A DNA stretch of 64,000 nt from contig JADJGV010000002.1 in assembly GCA_016707895.1 (NCBI GenBank), forward strand, positions 463,695 to 527,694. Direction: 5' to 3'. The position numbers and the translations under genes are program-made. This DNA comes from Myxococcales bacterium (GTDB taxonomy: Bacteria > Myxococcota_A > Polyangia > Haliangiales > Haliangiaceae). Shown here piece by piece: positions 41,684-55,173 of this stretch; position 1 is the stretch's first letter; each line of letters begins with the position of its first letter. The notes beneath the pieces were generated by a model. It was not told where the DNA came from. It saw nothing but the letters and a program-made list of their open reading frames with translations, and did not search any database.

Positions 41684-42675
41684 ACGACTTCTCCGAGGAC
41701 CTTGACCTCGAGCTCGAGGGTGAGCCCGTGCACCTCGCGCACGCGGTCGCGCACGCGCTCGATCAACGTCAGCATGTCGGCGCAGGTGGCGCGCCCGGTG
41801 GACACCAGCCAGTTGGCGTGGACCGGCGAGCACACCGCGTCGCCGACCTGCCAGCCCTTGCAGCCGGCGCTCTCGATCAGCCGCCCGGCGAACTGGCCCG
41901 GCGGGTTCTTGAAGGTCGAGCCGTTGGACGCGACCTTCTTGGGCTCGCGCGCGGCGCGGCGGGCGCGCAGCTCGCGGATCTCGGCGTCGGCCTCGGCCCG
42001 GGGCCGCGGCCGCAACGTCAGCCCGGCGCGCACGACGAGCTCGTCGTGCGGCAGGTCGCTGGCGCGGTAGCGGAAGCCGCACGCGGCGTGGTCGCGGCGC
42101 ACCGTGGTGGCGTCGGCCAGCCGCACGCTCTCGACCCAGGTGACGACGCTGGTGAACTCGCCGAGGTAGGTGCCGGCGTTCATGATCAGCCCGCCGCCGA
42201 CCGAGCCGGGCACGCCGCCCAGGAACTCGAGGCCGCCGAGGTCGTGCTTGAGCGCGAGCTGCAGCAGCTTCGAGGTCGGCGTGCCGGCCTCGACCTCGAT
42301 GGTGGTCGGCGAGGTCAGCGTCAGGCCGCGCAGGCGGCCGGTGTTGAGCACGACGCCGCGGACGCCGGCGTCGCGCACCAGCAGGTTGGAGCCGCCGCCG
42401 ACGACGGTGACCGGCGCGCCGCGGGCGGCGCACCAGGCCAAGAGCGCCGCGAGGCGCGCGTGGGTCGACGGCCGCGCGAACGCGTCGGCTGGGCCGCCGA
42501 TGCGCGCGGTGGTGTGGCGGCGCATCGGCTCGTCGAAGCCGACGTCGTCGCCCAGCACCTCGATCAGCGCCGCGCGGGCGGCGCCGTCGAAGATCGATCG
42601 CGGGTTTGGCTCCGCGGTGGCGAGCCGGTCGTCCGGCTCGTCGTCGCCGATCAGCAGCTCGTCGTCACCGGCCAT
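41680..42675 (-). CDS. murB: UDP-N-acetylenolpyruvoylglucosamine reductase
   Basis: FAD-binding N-terminal region (...ARIGGPADAF...VVGGGSNLLV...) and MurB C-terminal domain. N-terminal about 45 aa acidic extension; true start may be internal. Confidence 0.8.
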
Positions 42676-42714
42676 CGCGAGCCCCCTCGTTGATGGCCGG
42701 GGACGCGGCGCCGA

Positions 42715-43062
42715 CTAGCGGGCCTGCATCGCGGTGCCGGGGGCACCGCCGCGAGCCGCGACCTCGTTGAACGCGGCCTGCTGGAGGTACGCGCCGACCG
42801 GCAAGATGAAGAGCATCAGGATGAAGCCGAGGCCCTGCGAGTACTTGCCGTGCACCTTGGCCGCGCCGCCGGCGTACGACCAGTGGAAGATCAGGAACCC
42901 GATGAACGGGACCAGACAGATCCAGCCGGTGATGATGCCCGCGTTGTACTTCGCGTTCATCTCGCGCTTGGTCGGCAGGTACCAGGTGAAGAACCAGACC
43001 AAGATGCCGACGATCGGAATGAGCCAGATGAGTGCCGCGTACAGTGGATTGCGTTGCTGCAT
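42715..43062 (-). CDS. Small hypothetical membrane protein (2-3 TM helices)
   Basis: 115 aa, MQQRNPLYAALIWLIPIVGILVWFFTWYL..., between murC and murB. Confidence 0.55.
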   Translation of the reverse strand: MQQRNPLYAALIWLIPIVGILVWFFTWYLPTKREMNAKYNAGIITGWICLVPFIGFLIFHWSYAGGAAKVHGKYSQGLGFILMLFILPVGAYLQQAAFNEVAARGGAPGTAMQAR

Positions 43063-43173
43063 TGAAGAAATCCCCCCTTGGATTGAAGGGAGAATGTTCG
43101 AGCCGCACCGCCGCTTCGGTCAAGCGTCGCACCGGCAAACCCCACGCCTCGCCGTCGATTGTCGAATCCGCGT

Positions 43174-44592
<1,419 letters not shown>

Positions 44593-44715
44593 GGTGACCT
44601 CGGCGACGAGCGGGCGGGGGTGGCGCACGGAGATGCAACGCGTGGTCGCGTCGGTTTGTGCCGTGCGGGGCCGTACATACCAGAACCCGGCGGATCCGGC
44701 GCGGCCGAGGCTGGG

Positions 44716-45207
44716 TCAGGGCGTCGCGCGGCGGCGCAGGCGCAGCTGCGGCAGGCCGTCCTCGACCTTGCGGGCGCCGTCGAGGGCGAAGCCGCCGCCG
44801 CGGTAGAACCCGAGCGCGCGGTCGTTGCCCTCGAGCACCCACAAGAGCACGTCGGACAGGCCGCGCCGGGCCAGCGCGACCAGCGCGTCGGCGAACAGCG
44901 CGCTGCCGACGCCGCGGCCCCACGCGGTCGGATCCACGTACAGCGCCCACAGCTCGCCCCAGCCGGCCAGGTCGCGGCTGGGCCCGACCGAGGCGAAGCC
45001 GCGCACGCCGGCGGGGCCGTCGAACACCGCGGTGCGGACCGCGGAGCCAGGCCGCAGGTTGCGCTGCCAGGCCGCGGTGCGCGCCGGCACGGTGAACGTC
45101 GCCAGCCGTCCGGCGGGGATCAGCGCGCGGTACGCCGCGTGCCAGCTGGCGACGTGCACCCGGGCGATCGCCGCGGCGTCCTCGAGCCTCGCCTCGCGCA
45201 CCATGGG
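44716..45207 (-). CDS. GNAT-family N-acetyltransferase
   Basis: M92 of ORF 44716..45480: MVREARLEDAAAIARVHVASW...; acetyl-CoA motif-like RGVGSALF. Confidence 0.7.
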   Translation of the reverse strand, partial: PMVREARLEDAAAIARVHVASWHAAYRALIPAGRLATFTVPARTAAWQRNLRPGSAVRTAVFDGPAGVRGFASVGPSRDLAGWGELWALYVDPTAWGRGVGSALFADALVALARRGLSDVLLWVLEGNDRALGFYRGGGFALDGARKVEDGLPQLRLRRRATP

Positions 45208-45248
45208 CGCAGTGTGGCACCTGGCGCGGCGCTGGGAAGCGTCGTCGA

Positions 45249-45548
45249 TCAACGCGGCGGCGCGGCGGCCTCGGCCTTCTCGATGCAGGCCTTGTACGCC
45301 TCGCAGGTCGACGTCGACTTGGCGCAGCCGGGGCCGGCCTTGATGCCGGTCAGCATGTCGAGCTCCTTGTTGCCGCTCTTGATCTCGCGGCAGAAGCCCT
45401 CGGCGAGCTTGAGCGTGATCGCCTTCTCGCTCTGCGGGTATCCGCCGCACTCGAAGTCGCGCTTGGCGTAGGTGGCGCACTCGTCGGGGGCGCCGCTGCC
45501 GCAGGCGGCGAGGGCGAGGCTGGTCAGGACCGCGAACGGACGCAACAT
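45249..45548 (-). CDS. Small Cys-rich lipoprotein (paralog of 5150..5428)
   Basis: M93 of ORF 45249..45824: MLRPFAVLTSLALAACGSG... with 8 Cys and shared C-terminal motif. Confidence 0.65.
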   Translation of the reverse strand: MLRPFAVLTSLALAACGSGAPDECATYAKRDFECGGYPQSEKAITLKLAEGFCREIKSGNKELDMLTGIKAGPGCAKSTSTCEAYKACIEKAEAAAPPR

Positions 45549-45571
45549 CGGCGGCAGCCTACCGCAACCGG

Positions 45572-47794
45572 TCAGGGCGCGGACACGGCGACCAGCGCCG
45601 CGAGCAACGCGTCGCGATCGGCGTCGAGCTCCGCAGTGGTTCGGCCGATCGCGTACTGGGTGATGTCGATGCGGGCGCCGGCCGCGCGGTCGCACGCCGT
45701 GTTGTACGGCGCGCACTCGACGCGGGCGCGGACGACCGCGCACGCCGTGGCCAGCGTCGGATCGCTCGGCGGCGTGGCGCAGTCGACGTCGCGCGCCTTG
45801 AGCGCGTGCCGCAGCGTCGCCCACAGCCGTACGTCGTCGAGGCCCTCGCGCACCGCCTGGCCCTGCCGGGTCGGGACCGGCAGGTCGTGATCATCGTCGA
45901 CGACCATCGTGAAGCCGTGGATGGCCTGGGGCCCCGCGTAGGCGTAGACGAACATGCCCTGGTAGCCCAGCGCGCGCGGGTAGGTCCCGGCGAACACGCG
46001 CGTGACCAGCGGATCGACGCCCGGCAACGCGAAGTAGTAGTACGCCGGCTTGCCGGCGGCGTGGACCTGATCGACCGCCGCGGGATAGCCGTGCCCGGTG
46101 ATCACCAGCAGCGGGAGGTCGACGTGGGGCAGGAGCCTGGTGAGCCAGCCGGGGTGGACCGTGACCATGCTTTGGTGGACGAAGCCGGGCGGACAGCGCG
46201 GGCTGGCTGGCTGGCCGTCGCACGCGTGGCGGTGCGCCTCGCTGTTGGCGATGGCGGTCGCCACCTGCGTCTCGTCATGCGGCTCGTCGGCGATCGCCGC
46301 CGCCCAGCCGCCGATGCCGACCCGACCGGGCGCCGCGGCGTCGTACCAGGGCAGAAGTCCCTGATCGCCCGCGTTTGCCGCCGCCAGCAGCGCGAGGCGA
46401 TCGAGGCCGGCGCTGGCCGCGAGCTCGACCAGGCGCGGGCTGGTGGTGGGGAGCCGCAGGCCCTCGAGGGCCCAGATCGAGTCGAGGCCGTGCACGTGCA
46501 TGTCCCAGAGGTGCCGCTGCATCCGCGGGGTGTCGACTTCGAGCTGGTAGTCGTCGTCACAGGCGCTGCCGTCGCGGCAACCGAAGTAGTAGGCGCCGTT
46601 GACGCCGGGCGCCGGCTCGAGCGCGATCGGGTCGACCACCACCTCGACGGGCACGGTGATCGCGTCGCCGGTGAAGCCGTCGACCACCACCCGCAGCGCG
46701 CCGGTGTAGCGCGTCGACGCGGTGAAGCCGCCGCTGGGCAGCTGGACGGTCACCCAGAACTGGCGCTGATCGCCCGGGGCCAGGACGCCGCGCGCGCGGC
46801 CGCCGCCGAACGGCCCCTGCACGCCGGCGGGCACCGAGGGGCCCGCGGTGATCACGTCGCGGGCGCAGAACGCCTCGTCCTTGACCAGCAGCTGGCCGGT
46901 GGGCCGCGTCTTGGTCGCGATCTCCTGGAACGCCGCCACCCGCGTGTCCTGCACCGACAGCGCGCGCACGTCGATCAGCCCGGCCGGTAGGGTCGGGGCG
47001 CCGGCCGCGGTCAGCTCGTCGAGCGACACCTCGACCGACGCCGGGATCGCGAACATCGCCGGGTTGGTGGCGACGCCGATCGCCAGCGAGACGCGCTGGC
47101 CGAGCGTCCCGCGCACCGTGATCGGCGCGGCGGTGCCGCCCGGCATCGTGGTCGGCGACCACGCGGTGGGATCGTCGGCGTAGCGATCGGCGGGCGCGAC
47201 CGCGAACCGCGCGGCGGCGAACGGCAGGGCCCGCATGCGATACGCGCGCGGCCCGTACACCGGTGGATCGGTCACCGCGGCGCTGACCGCGGTGACGTCG
47301 GCGAGCGGCGCGGTCGCCAGCACGATCTTGTCGAACTCGGCGGCGCCGGCGAGCTGGATGTCGAGGTGATGCTCGCCGGTGGGTATCTCGAGGGCGTAGC
47401 CGAGCCACCCGGCGCCGGCCGGGGGCGCGGTCATCGCGGTGTCGTCGATCCGCAGCGTGATCGGGTTGTCGTTGGCCGAGTGCACCCACGCGTACAGCTT
47501 CCCGCTCGTGGGCACGACGATCCGCCAGGTGATCTGCGCGTCGCTCCCGAACGCCCGCACGCCGGCGCCGACGGCCACCAGCCCCGCCGCCGGCAAGAAC
47601 GCCGTGGCCGCCGCGTTGACGCCATCTGGCGGCACCGCCGTCGCCGGCGCCAGGACCGGCGCGCAGGTCGAGGCGAGCCGCGGATCCGGCGCGGGGTCGC
47701 CCTTGGTCGCGCCCTCGTCGAGCGCGGCGGTGGTGGCGGCGGGCTCGACGCAGGCGGCAGTGGTGAGCGCGAAGGCGAGCACGAGGTGGCGCAT
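45572..47794 (-). CDS. Large hypothetical secreted lipoprotein (740 aa)
   Basis: C-terminal portion of ORF 45572..49912 starting MRHLVLAFALTTAAC; consistent protein-like composition. Family not recognised. Confidence 0.6.
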   Translation of the reverse strand: MRHLVLAFALTTAACVEPAATTAALDEGATKGDPAPDPRLASTCAPVLAPATAVPPDGVNAAATAFLPAAGLVAVGAGVRAFGSDAQITWRIVVPTSGKLYAWVHSANDNPITLRIDDTAMTAPPAGAGWLGYALEIPTGEHHLDIQLAGAAEFDKIVLATAPLADVTAVSAAVTDPPVYGPRAYRMRALPFAAARFAVAPADRYADDPTAWSPTTMPGGTAAPITVRGTLGQRVSLAIGVATNPAMFAIPASVEVSLDELTAAGAPTLPAGLIDVRALSVQDTRVAAFQEIATKTRPTGQLLVKDEAFCARDVITAGPSVPAGVQGPFGGGRARGVLAPGDQRQFWVTVQLPSGGFTASTRYTGALRVVVDGFTGDAITVPVEVVVDPIALEPAPGVNGAYYFGCRDGSACDDDYQLEVDTPRMQRHLWDMHVHGLDSIWALEGLRLPTTSPRLVELAASAGLDRLALLAAANAGDQGLLPWYDAAAPGRVGIGGWAAAIADEPHDETQVATAIANSEAHRHACDGQPASPRCPPGFVHQSMVTVHPGWLTRLLPHVDLPLLVITGHGYPAAVDQVHAAGKPAYYYFALPGVDPLVTRVFAGTYPRALGYQGMFVYAYAGPQAIHGFTMVVDDDHDLPVPTRQGQAVREGLDDVRLWATLRHALKARDVDCATPPSDPTLATACAVVRARVECAPYNTACDRAAGARIDITQYAIGRTTAELDADRDALLAALVAVSAP

Positions 47795-47853
47795 CACCGA
47801 TGACGTCAGCAAGCGTCGTGCCGTCGCTGCCAGCGCGCGCCGGTGCGGGCCTG

Positions 47854-50247
<2,394 letters not shown>

Positions 50248-50284
50248 CCCGCGTACATACGCACGCAGGGGTGAATCTTCCAGC

Positions 50285-51379
<1,095 letters not shown>

Positions 51380-51477
51380 GGCGGCCACGCTAGCGCACGC
51401 GGATCCGCCGCGCCAATTCCCTCCCGGCGTCTCGAGATGGCGCAGCCTGGCGCGGTGTCAGGTGGTAGCCTGATGAC

Positions 51478-51696
51478 GTGGCTCAAGCGAACAAGGTCCT
51501 GGAGGAGGCGCTCGCGCTGTCGGCGACCGAGCGGGCGCGAGTCGCAGCCAGGTTGATCGAGAGTCTCGACGACGAGAGCCAAGACGACACCGAAGAGGCC
51601 TGGCGCGTCGAAGTGGCCCGGCGGGTCCGCGATCTGGACGACGGGGCGGTGGTCGCGATCGACTGGCTCGAGGCCCGGCGTCAGATCCTGGGGTGA
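51478..51696 (+). CDS. Putative addiction-module antitoxin component (ParD/RelB-like partner, 72 aa)
   Basis: MAQANKVLEEALALSATERARVAARLIESLDDES... followed in-phase (GTGA overlap) by a RelE/ParE toxin remnant. Confidence 0.55.
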   Translation: MAQANKVLEEALALSATERARVAARLIESLDDESQDDTEEAWRVEVARRVRDLDDGAVVAIDWLEARRQILG

Positions 51697-51836
51697 GCCG
51701 TGGTGCGCGTCAGGCCCGGCGCTTCTTGTTCAAGCGCTTCCCCTACTACCTGATCTACCGCGAGCGCGACGGCATGGTCGAAGTCGTCGCGGTCATGCAC
51801 GCGCGGCGCCATCCCGGCTACTGGCGCCACCGCTGA
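51693..51836 (+). pseudogene. Truncated RelE/ParE-family toxin remnant (47 aa)
   Basis: ...FLFKRFPYYLIYRERDGMVEVVAVMHARRHPGYWRHR* matches the C-terminal half of ParE/RelE toxins; N-terminal about 50 aa absent. Confidence 0.5.
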
Positions 51837-51878
51837 CGCCGCGCCAATTCCCGGGCGCCGCTGTGGCAAGGTCGGCGG

Positions 51879-52853
51879 ATGCACGTGCTCGTGATCGGCG
51901 GCAATCGCTTCATGGGGGTGTCGCTGGTGTGGCGGCTCCTGTTCGCGGGGCACCGGGTGACGGTGTGCAATCGCGGCAACCTGGCCGACCCGTTCGGCGA
52001 TCGGGTCGAGCGGGTGCGGGCCGATCGATCGACCGACGCGTTCGATGCGGCGCTGGCCGGGCGCGCGTTCGATCGCGTCATCGACATGGCCGGCTTCACC
52101 GGCGGCGACGTGGCGCGGGCCCTGCGGGTCCTGGGCGACCGGGTCGGCCACTACCTGTTCGTGTCGACCGGCCAGGTGTACCTGGTGCGCGAGGGCTGCC
52201 CGCGGCCGGCGCGCGAGGACGACTACGCTGGGCCGGTGATGGCGGCGGCGCCGAGCCCGGCCGATCACGAGGACTGGGCCTACGGCGTGGGCAAGCGCGC
52301 CGCCGAGGACGCGCTGGCCGCGGCGGCGGTGCCGTCGACCCGCGTCCGCATCCCGATGGTCAACGGCGAGCGCGATCCCAAGCGCCGGCTCGAGAGCTAC
52401 CTGTGGCGGATGCTCGACGGCGGGCCGCTGCTGGTGCCGGGCGCCGACGCGATCGCGCGCCACGTCTACCGCGGCGCGGTGGTCGACGCGCTGGCGCGCA
52501 TGGTCGACGCGCCGCCGCCGGGGCCGGTCTACAACCTGGCGCAGGCCGAGCAGCCGACGGTGCGCGAGCTGCTCGAGCGGCTGGGCGCGCAGGTCGGCGT
52601 GCGGCCGCGGATCGTCGACGTGTCGGCCGCGGAGATCGCGGCGGCCGGGCTGGCGGTGCGCGAGGTGTCGCCGCTGTCGACGACGTGGATGTCGCACGTC
52701 GATCCCGCGCGCGCGGTGGCCGAGCTGGGCTTCGCGCACCCGCCGCTCGACGCGTACCTGGGCTCGATCGTCGCCGAGCTGCTGACCGGCTGGCGCGCCG
52801 AACCGCCCGCGGGCTACGCGCGGCGCGACGTCGAGCGCGCGCTGGCGGCGTGA
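51879..52853 (+). CDS. NAD(P)-dependent epimerase/dehydratase (SDR-family)
   Basis: N-terminal Rossmann motif MHVLVIGGNRFMGVSLVWRLL; YxxxK-like active-site region (YGVGKRAAE). Confidence 0.75.
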   Translation: MHVLVIGGNRFMGVSLVWRLLFAGHRVTVCNRGNLADPFGDRVERVRADRSTDAFDAALAGRAFDRVIDMAGFTGGDVARALRVLGDRVGHYLFVSTGQVYLVREGCPRPAREDDYAGPVMAAAPSPADHEDWAYGVGKRAAEDALAAAAVPSTRVRIPMVNGERDPKRRLESYLWRMLDGGPLLVPGADAIARHVYRGAVVDALARMVDAPPPGPVYNLAQAEQPTVRELLERLGAQVGVRPRIVDVSAAEIAAAGLAVREVSPLSTTWMSHVDPARAVAELGFAHPPLDAYLGSIVAELLTGWRAEPPAGYARRDVERALAA

Positions 52854-52854
52854 C

Positions 52855-53814
52855 TCAGGCCTTCATCGCCGCGGTCAGCCGCGCGAGCGCGCGCGCCGCG
52901 CCGGGGCTGTCGTCGAACGACAGCGCGACGAAGCAGCTCACCAGCAGGTCGCGGGCGTTGCGCTGGGTCGCGTAGACGAGGGGATCGAACGGGTCGGGCC
53001 AGCCCGCAACCAGCGGCGCCGCGACCGCGGCCAGCCAGGCGTCCAGCGCGGCGTCGTCGAGCAGATCGCGGCGGGCGACGGCGCGCACCGCGGCGGCCAT
53101 GCGCTCGTCCTCGCCGTGGCTGAACCGGGCGCCGTGCGCGCGCGCGGCCAGCGCGGTGATCGCGCCGAGCAGCCGCGTCGCTTGAGCGCGCGTGAGCGCC
53201 GGGTGCCGGGCCAGGAACTTCACCCAGTCGGCGGTGTGCGCGGCGGCGTGGGCCCAGCCGGCGGCGCCGGTGTAGCCGCGCAGGTCGGTCTCGCGGCCGG
53301 CGTAGGCCACCGCGGCGGCGATCTGCGCGTCGAGCTCGGCCGCGCTCCACGCCGGGTGCGCGACCTCGCGCGCGGCCACCACCGACAACACGAGCGCCGC
53401 GAACGATCGCGCGAACACCGCGTCGCCGGCGACGATCGGCGCGGCGGTGCGCGCCACCAGCCGATCGCGCAGCCCGCGGGCGGCGGCGTCGTCGAGGATC
53501 GCCGGCGCTTGCAGCCACGCGGCCAGGACCTCGTAGCCGAGGCCGTCGCGCACCGTCGGGTCGGTGGCCGCGAGCATGGCCTCGAGCTCAGGCAGCAGCG
53601 TCGCGGCCGCGGTGCCAGCTGGCGGGGCCTTGGCGGCGCGGACCGACTCCCACCACGCGCGGCGCTCGGCGGTGAGCGGCGAGGTCGGGGCCGCAGGGGC
53701 GATCGCGGCGGGCGCGGCGGCGGCGGGCGCACCCGGCGGACAGCGCGGCGCCGGCGGACGGCACGCGGCGGCGACGATCGACAACGACAGCGACAGCGAG
53801 AGCGCGAGGCGCAT
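52855..53814 (-). CDS. DUF2785-like lipoprotein
   Basis: M30 of ORF 52855..53901: MRLALSLSLSLSIVAAAC. Family assignment from memory, low certainty. Confidence 0.5.
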   Translation of the reverse strand: MRLALSLSLSLSIVAAACRPPAPRCPPGAPAAAAPAAIAPAAPTSPLTAERRAWWESVRAAKAPPAGTAAATLLPELEAMLAATDPTVRDGLGYEVLAAWLQAPAILDDAAARGLRDRLVARTAAPIVAGDAVFARSFAALVLSVVAAREVAHPAWSAAELDAQIAAAVAYAGRETDLRGYTGAAGWAHAAAHTADWVKFLARHPALTRAQATRLLGAITALAARAHGARFSHGEDERMAAAVRAVARRDLLDDAALDAWLAAVAAPLVAGWPDPFDPLVYATQRNARDLLVSCFVALSFDDSPGAARALARLTAAMKA

Positions 53815-53903
53815 GCCAGCAGCATGGCGAACCGCGCCGGTGGTGCGCAACCCTGCGACCGGGTGCGATCCGTGCGACAGGCTCTCGCGTACCATGCGCA
53901 TCG

Positions 53904-54317
53904 ATGCAGGCTCCCTATGCGATCCGCGTGCTGGTCCTCGGCGGCGTCCTCAACCTGGTGCTGTCGTTCGTCCTCGGCTGGGTGCTGTCGCTCAAGCGCA
54001 TGAAGGAGCCGATGACCAAGCACCACTGGCTGCTGGTCGCGCACACGGTGTCGCTGCAGGAGGGCCTGATGCTCCTGGGCCTGGGCTTCGCGATGTCGTT
54101 CGCGGTGCTCGGCAAGACGATGGCGGCGACCGGCGCCTGGCTGCTGGTCCTGGCCTCGGCCTTCCAGGACTTCTCCGGCGTGGTCAACTGGCTCAAGGGC
54201 ACCGGCGATCAGTTCGCCGAGAAGTCGACCGGCTGGCTGCTCGCCTCGATCAACGCGGTGCTCAACACCGCCGGCCTGGCGATCATCGCCTACGGCGTGC
54301 TGCGCGGCGTGCTGTAG
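53904..54317 (+). CDS. Hypothetical integral membrane protein (4 TM)
   Basis: 137 aa with four hydrophobic helices. Confidence 0.55.
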   Translation: MQAPYAIRVLVLGGVLNLVLSFVLGWVLSLKRMKEPMTKHHWLLVAHTVSLQEGLMLLGLGFAMSFAVLGKTMAATGAWLLVLASAFQDFSGVVNWLKGTGDQFAEKSTGWLLASINAVLNTAGLAIIAYGVLRGVL

Positions 54318-54318
54318 C

Positions 54319-54900
54319 TCACCCCGCGGTGGCCTCGCGGATCGCGCGCGCGAGCAGATCCGCGACACCGAGGTCGCTGGCCCAACGCTCGAGGTACGCG
54401 CGATCGAGCGTCGCCCCCTGGACCCGGAACACGCCGAGGACGTCCTGCCACTGCCGCTCGGACACGCCGCCCCCGAGCCGATACCACTCGAGCTTGTGCA
54501 GGACGATGTCTTCTGCGGTGGTCAACGGATAGACCCGGCGTTGGTGCTCGTCGAGGGTCGACGCCGTCGACCGCGCGAAGGCTGCCTGGTCGAACGCGCG
54601 ATCCTTGAGGATGAACACGTCGACCTTCATCATCGTCGCGAGGTGGATCACGTTGAAGGACGAGCGCCGTCGGATCGCGTCGCGGATCATGTCACCGTCG
54701 ACGTAGTAGGCCTCGCCGAGCCGCTCGACCAGGGCATCGACGTGCCGTCCTGCGAGGTCGGCGACGAGGTCGATATCGAACGTCGACCGGCCGACGCCGA
54801 GCGCCGAGCTCGCGACCGAGCCGCCGACGCGGTAAGCCACGCCGAGCGCATCGAGCGCGTCGGCCACCGGCGCCAGCGCTTCGGCGAGATCCGCGGTCAT
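54319..54900 (-). CDS. Nucleotidyltransferase-fold protein (Pol-beta/MNT/AbiEii-like)
   Basis: M23 of ORF 54319..54966: MTADLAEALAPVADALDALGVAYRVGGSVASSALGVGRSTFDIDLVADL (G-S...[DE]xD motif). Confidence 0.55.
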   Translation of the reverse strand: MTADLAEALAPVADALDALGVAYRVGGSVASSALGVGRSTFDIDLVADLAGRHVDALVERLGEAYYVDGDMIRDAIRRRSSFNVIHLATMMKVDVFILKDRAFDQAAFARSTASTLDEHQRRVYPLTTAEDIVLHKLEWYRLGGGVSERQWQDVLGVFRVQGATLDRAYLERWASDLGVADLLARAIREATAG

Positions 54901-55145
54901 CGGCGTGCCGCGAGATGCTGGCGGAGCCGATCGGCCAGGTCCCGGCCGTAGTGATGCTCGACCCACAGCAGCCGAACACCCTCTTCGTCGAGTTCCGGAT
55001 GCAGGCGTGCGATCGTGCGCCGCGACGAGTCGACCAACGCCGCGGAGAGTCGGAGGGCGAGCCCGGCACGGCGGGCCGGCCCCGCCGCCCGGAGCAGCTC
55101 GAGCTGCTTGGCGGCCATGGCCGGGCTAGTGTCGGACGGCTGCAC
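54897..55145 (-). CDS. Small hypothetical protein (82 aa), overlapping partner of the nucleotidyltransferase gene
   Basis: Stop overlaps the NTase start by 4 nt (ATGA). Confidence 0.4.
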   Translation of the reverse strand: MQPSDTSPAMAAKQLELLRAAGPARRAGLALRLSAALVDSSRRTIARLHPELDEEGVRLLWVEHHYGRDLADRLRQHLAARR

Positions 55146-55173
55146 CCCGGCAGGATAGCAGGCGCGCCGCCCG

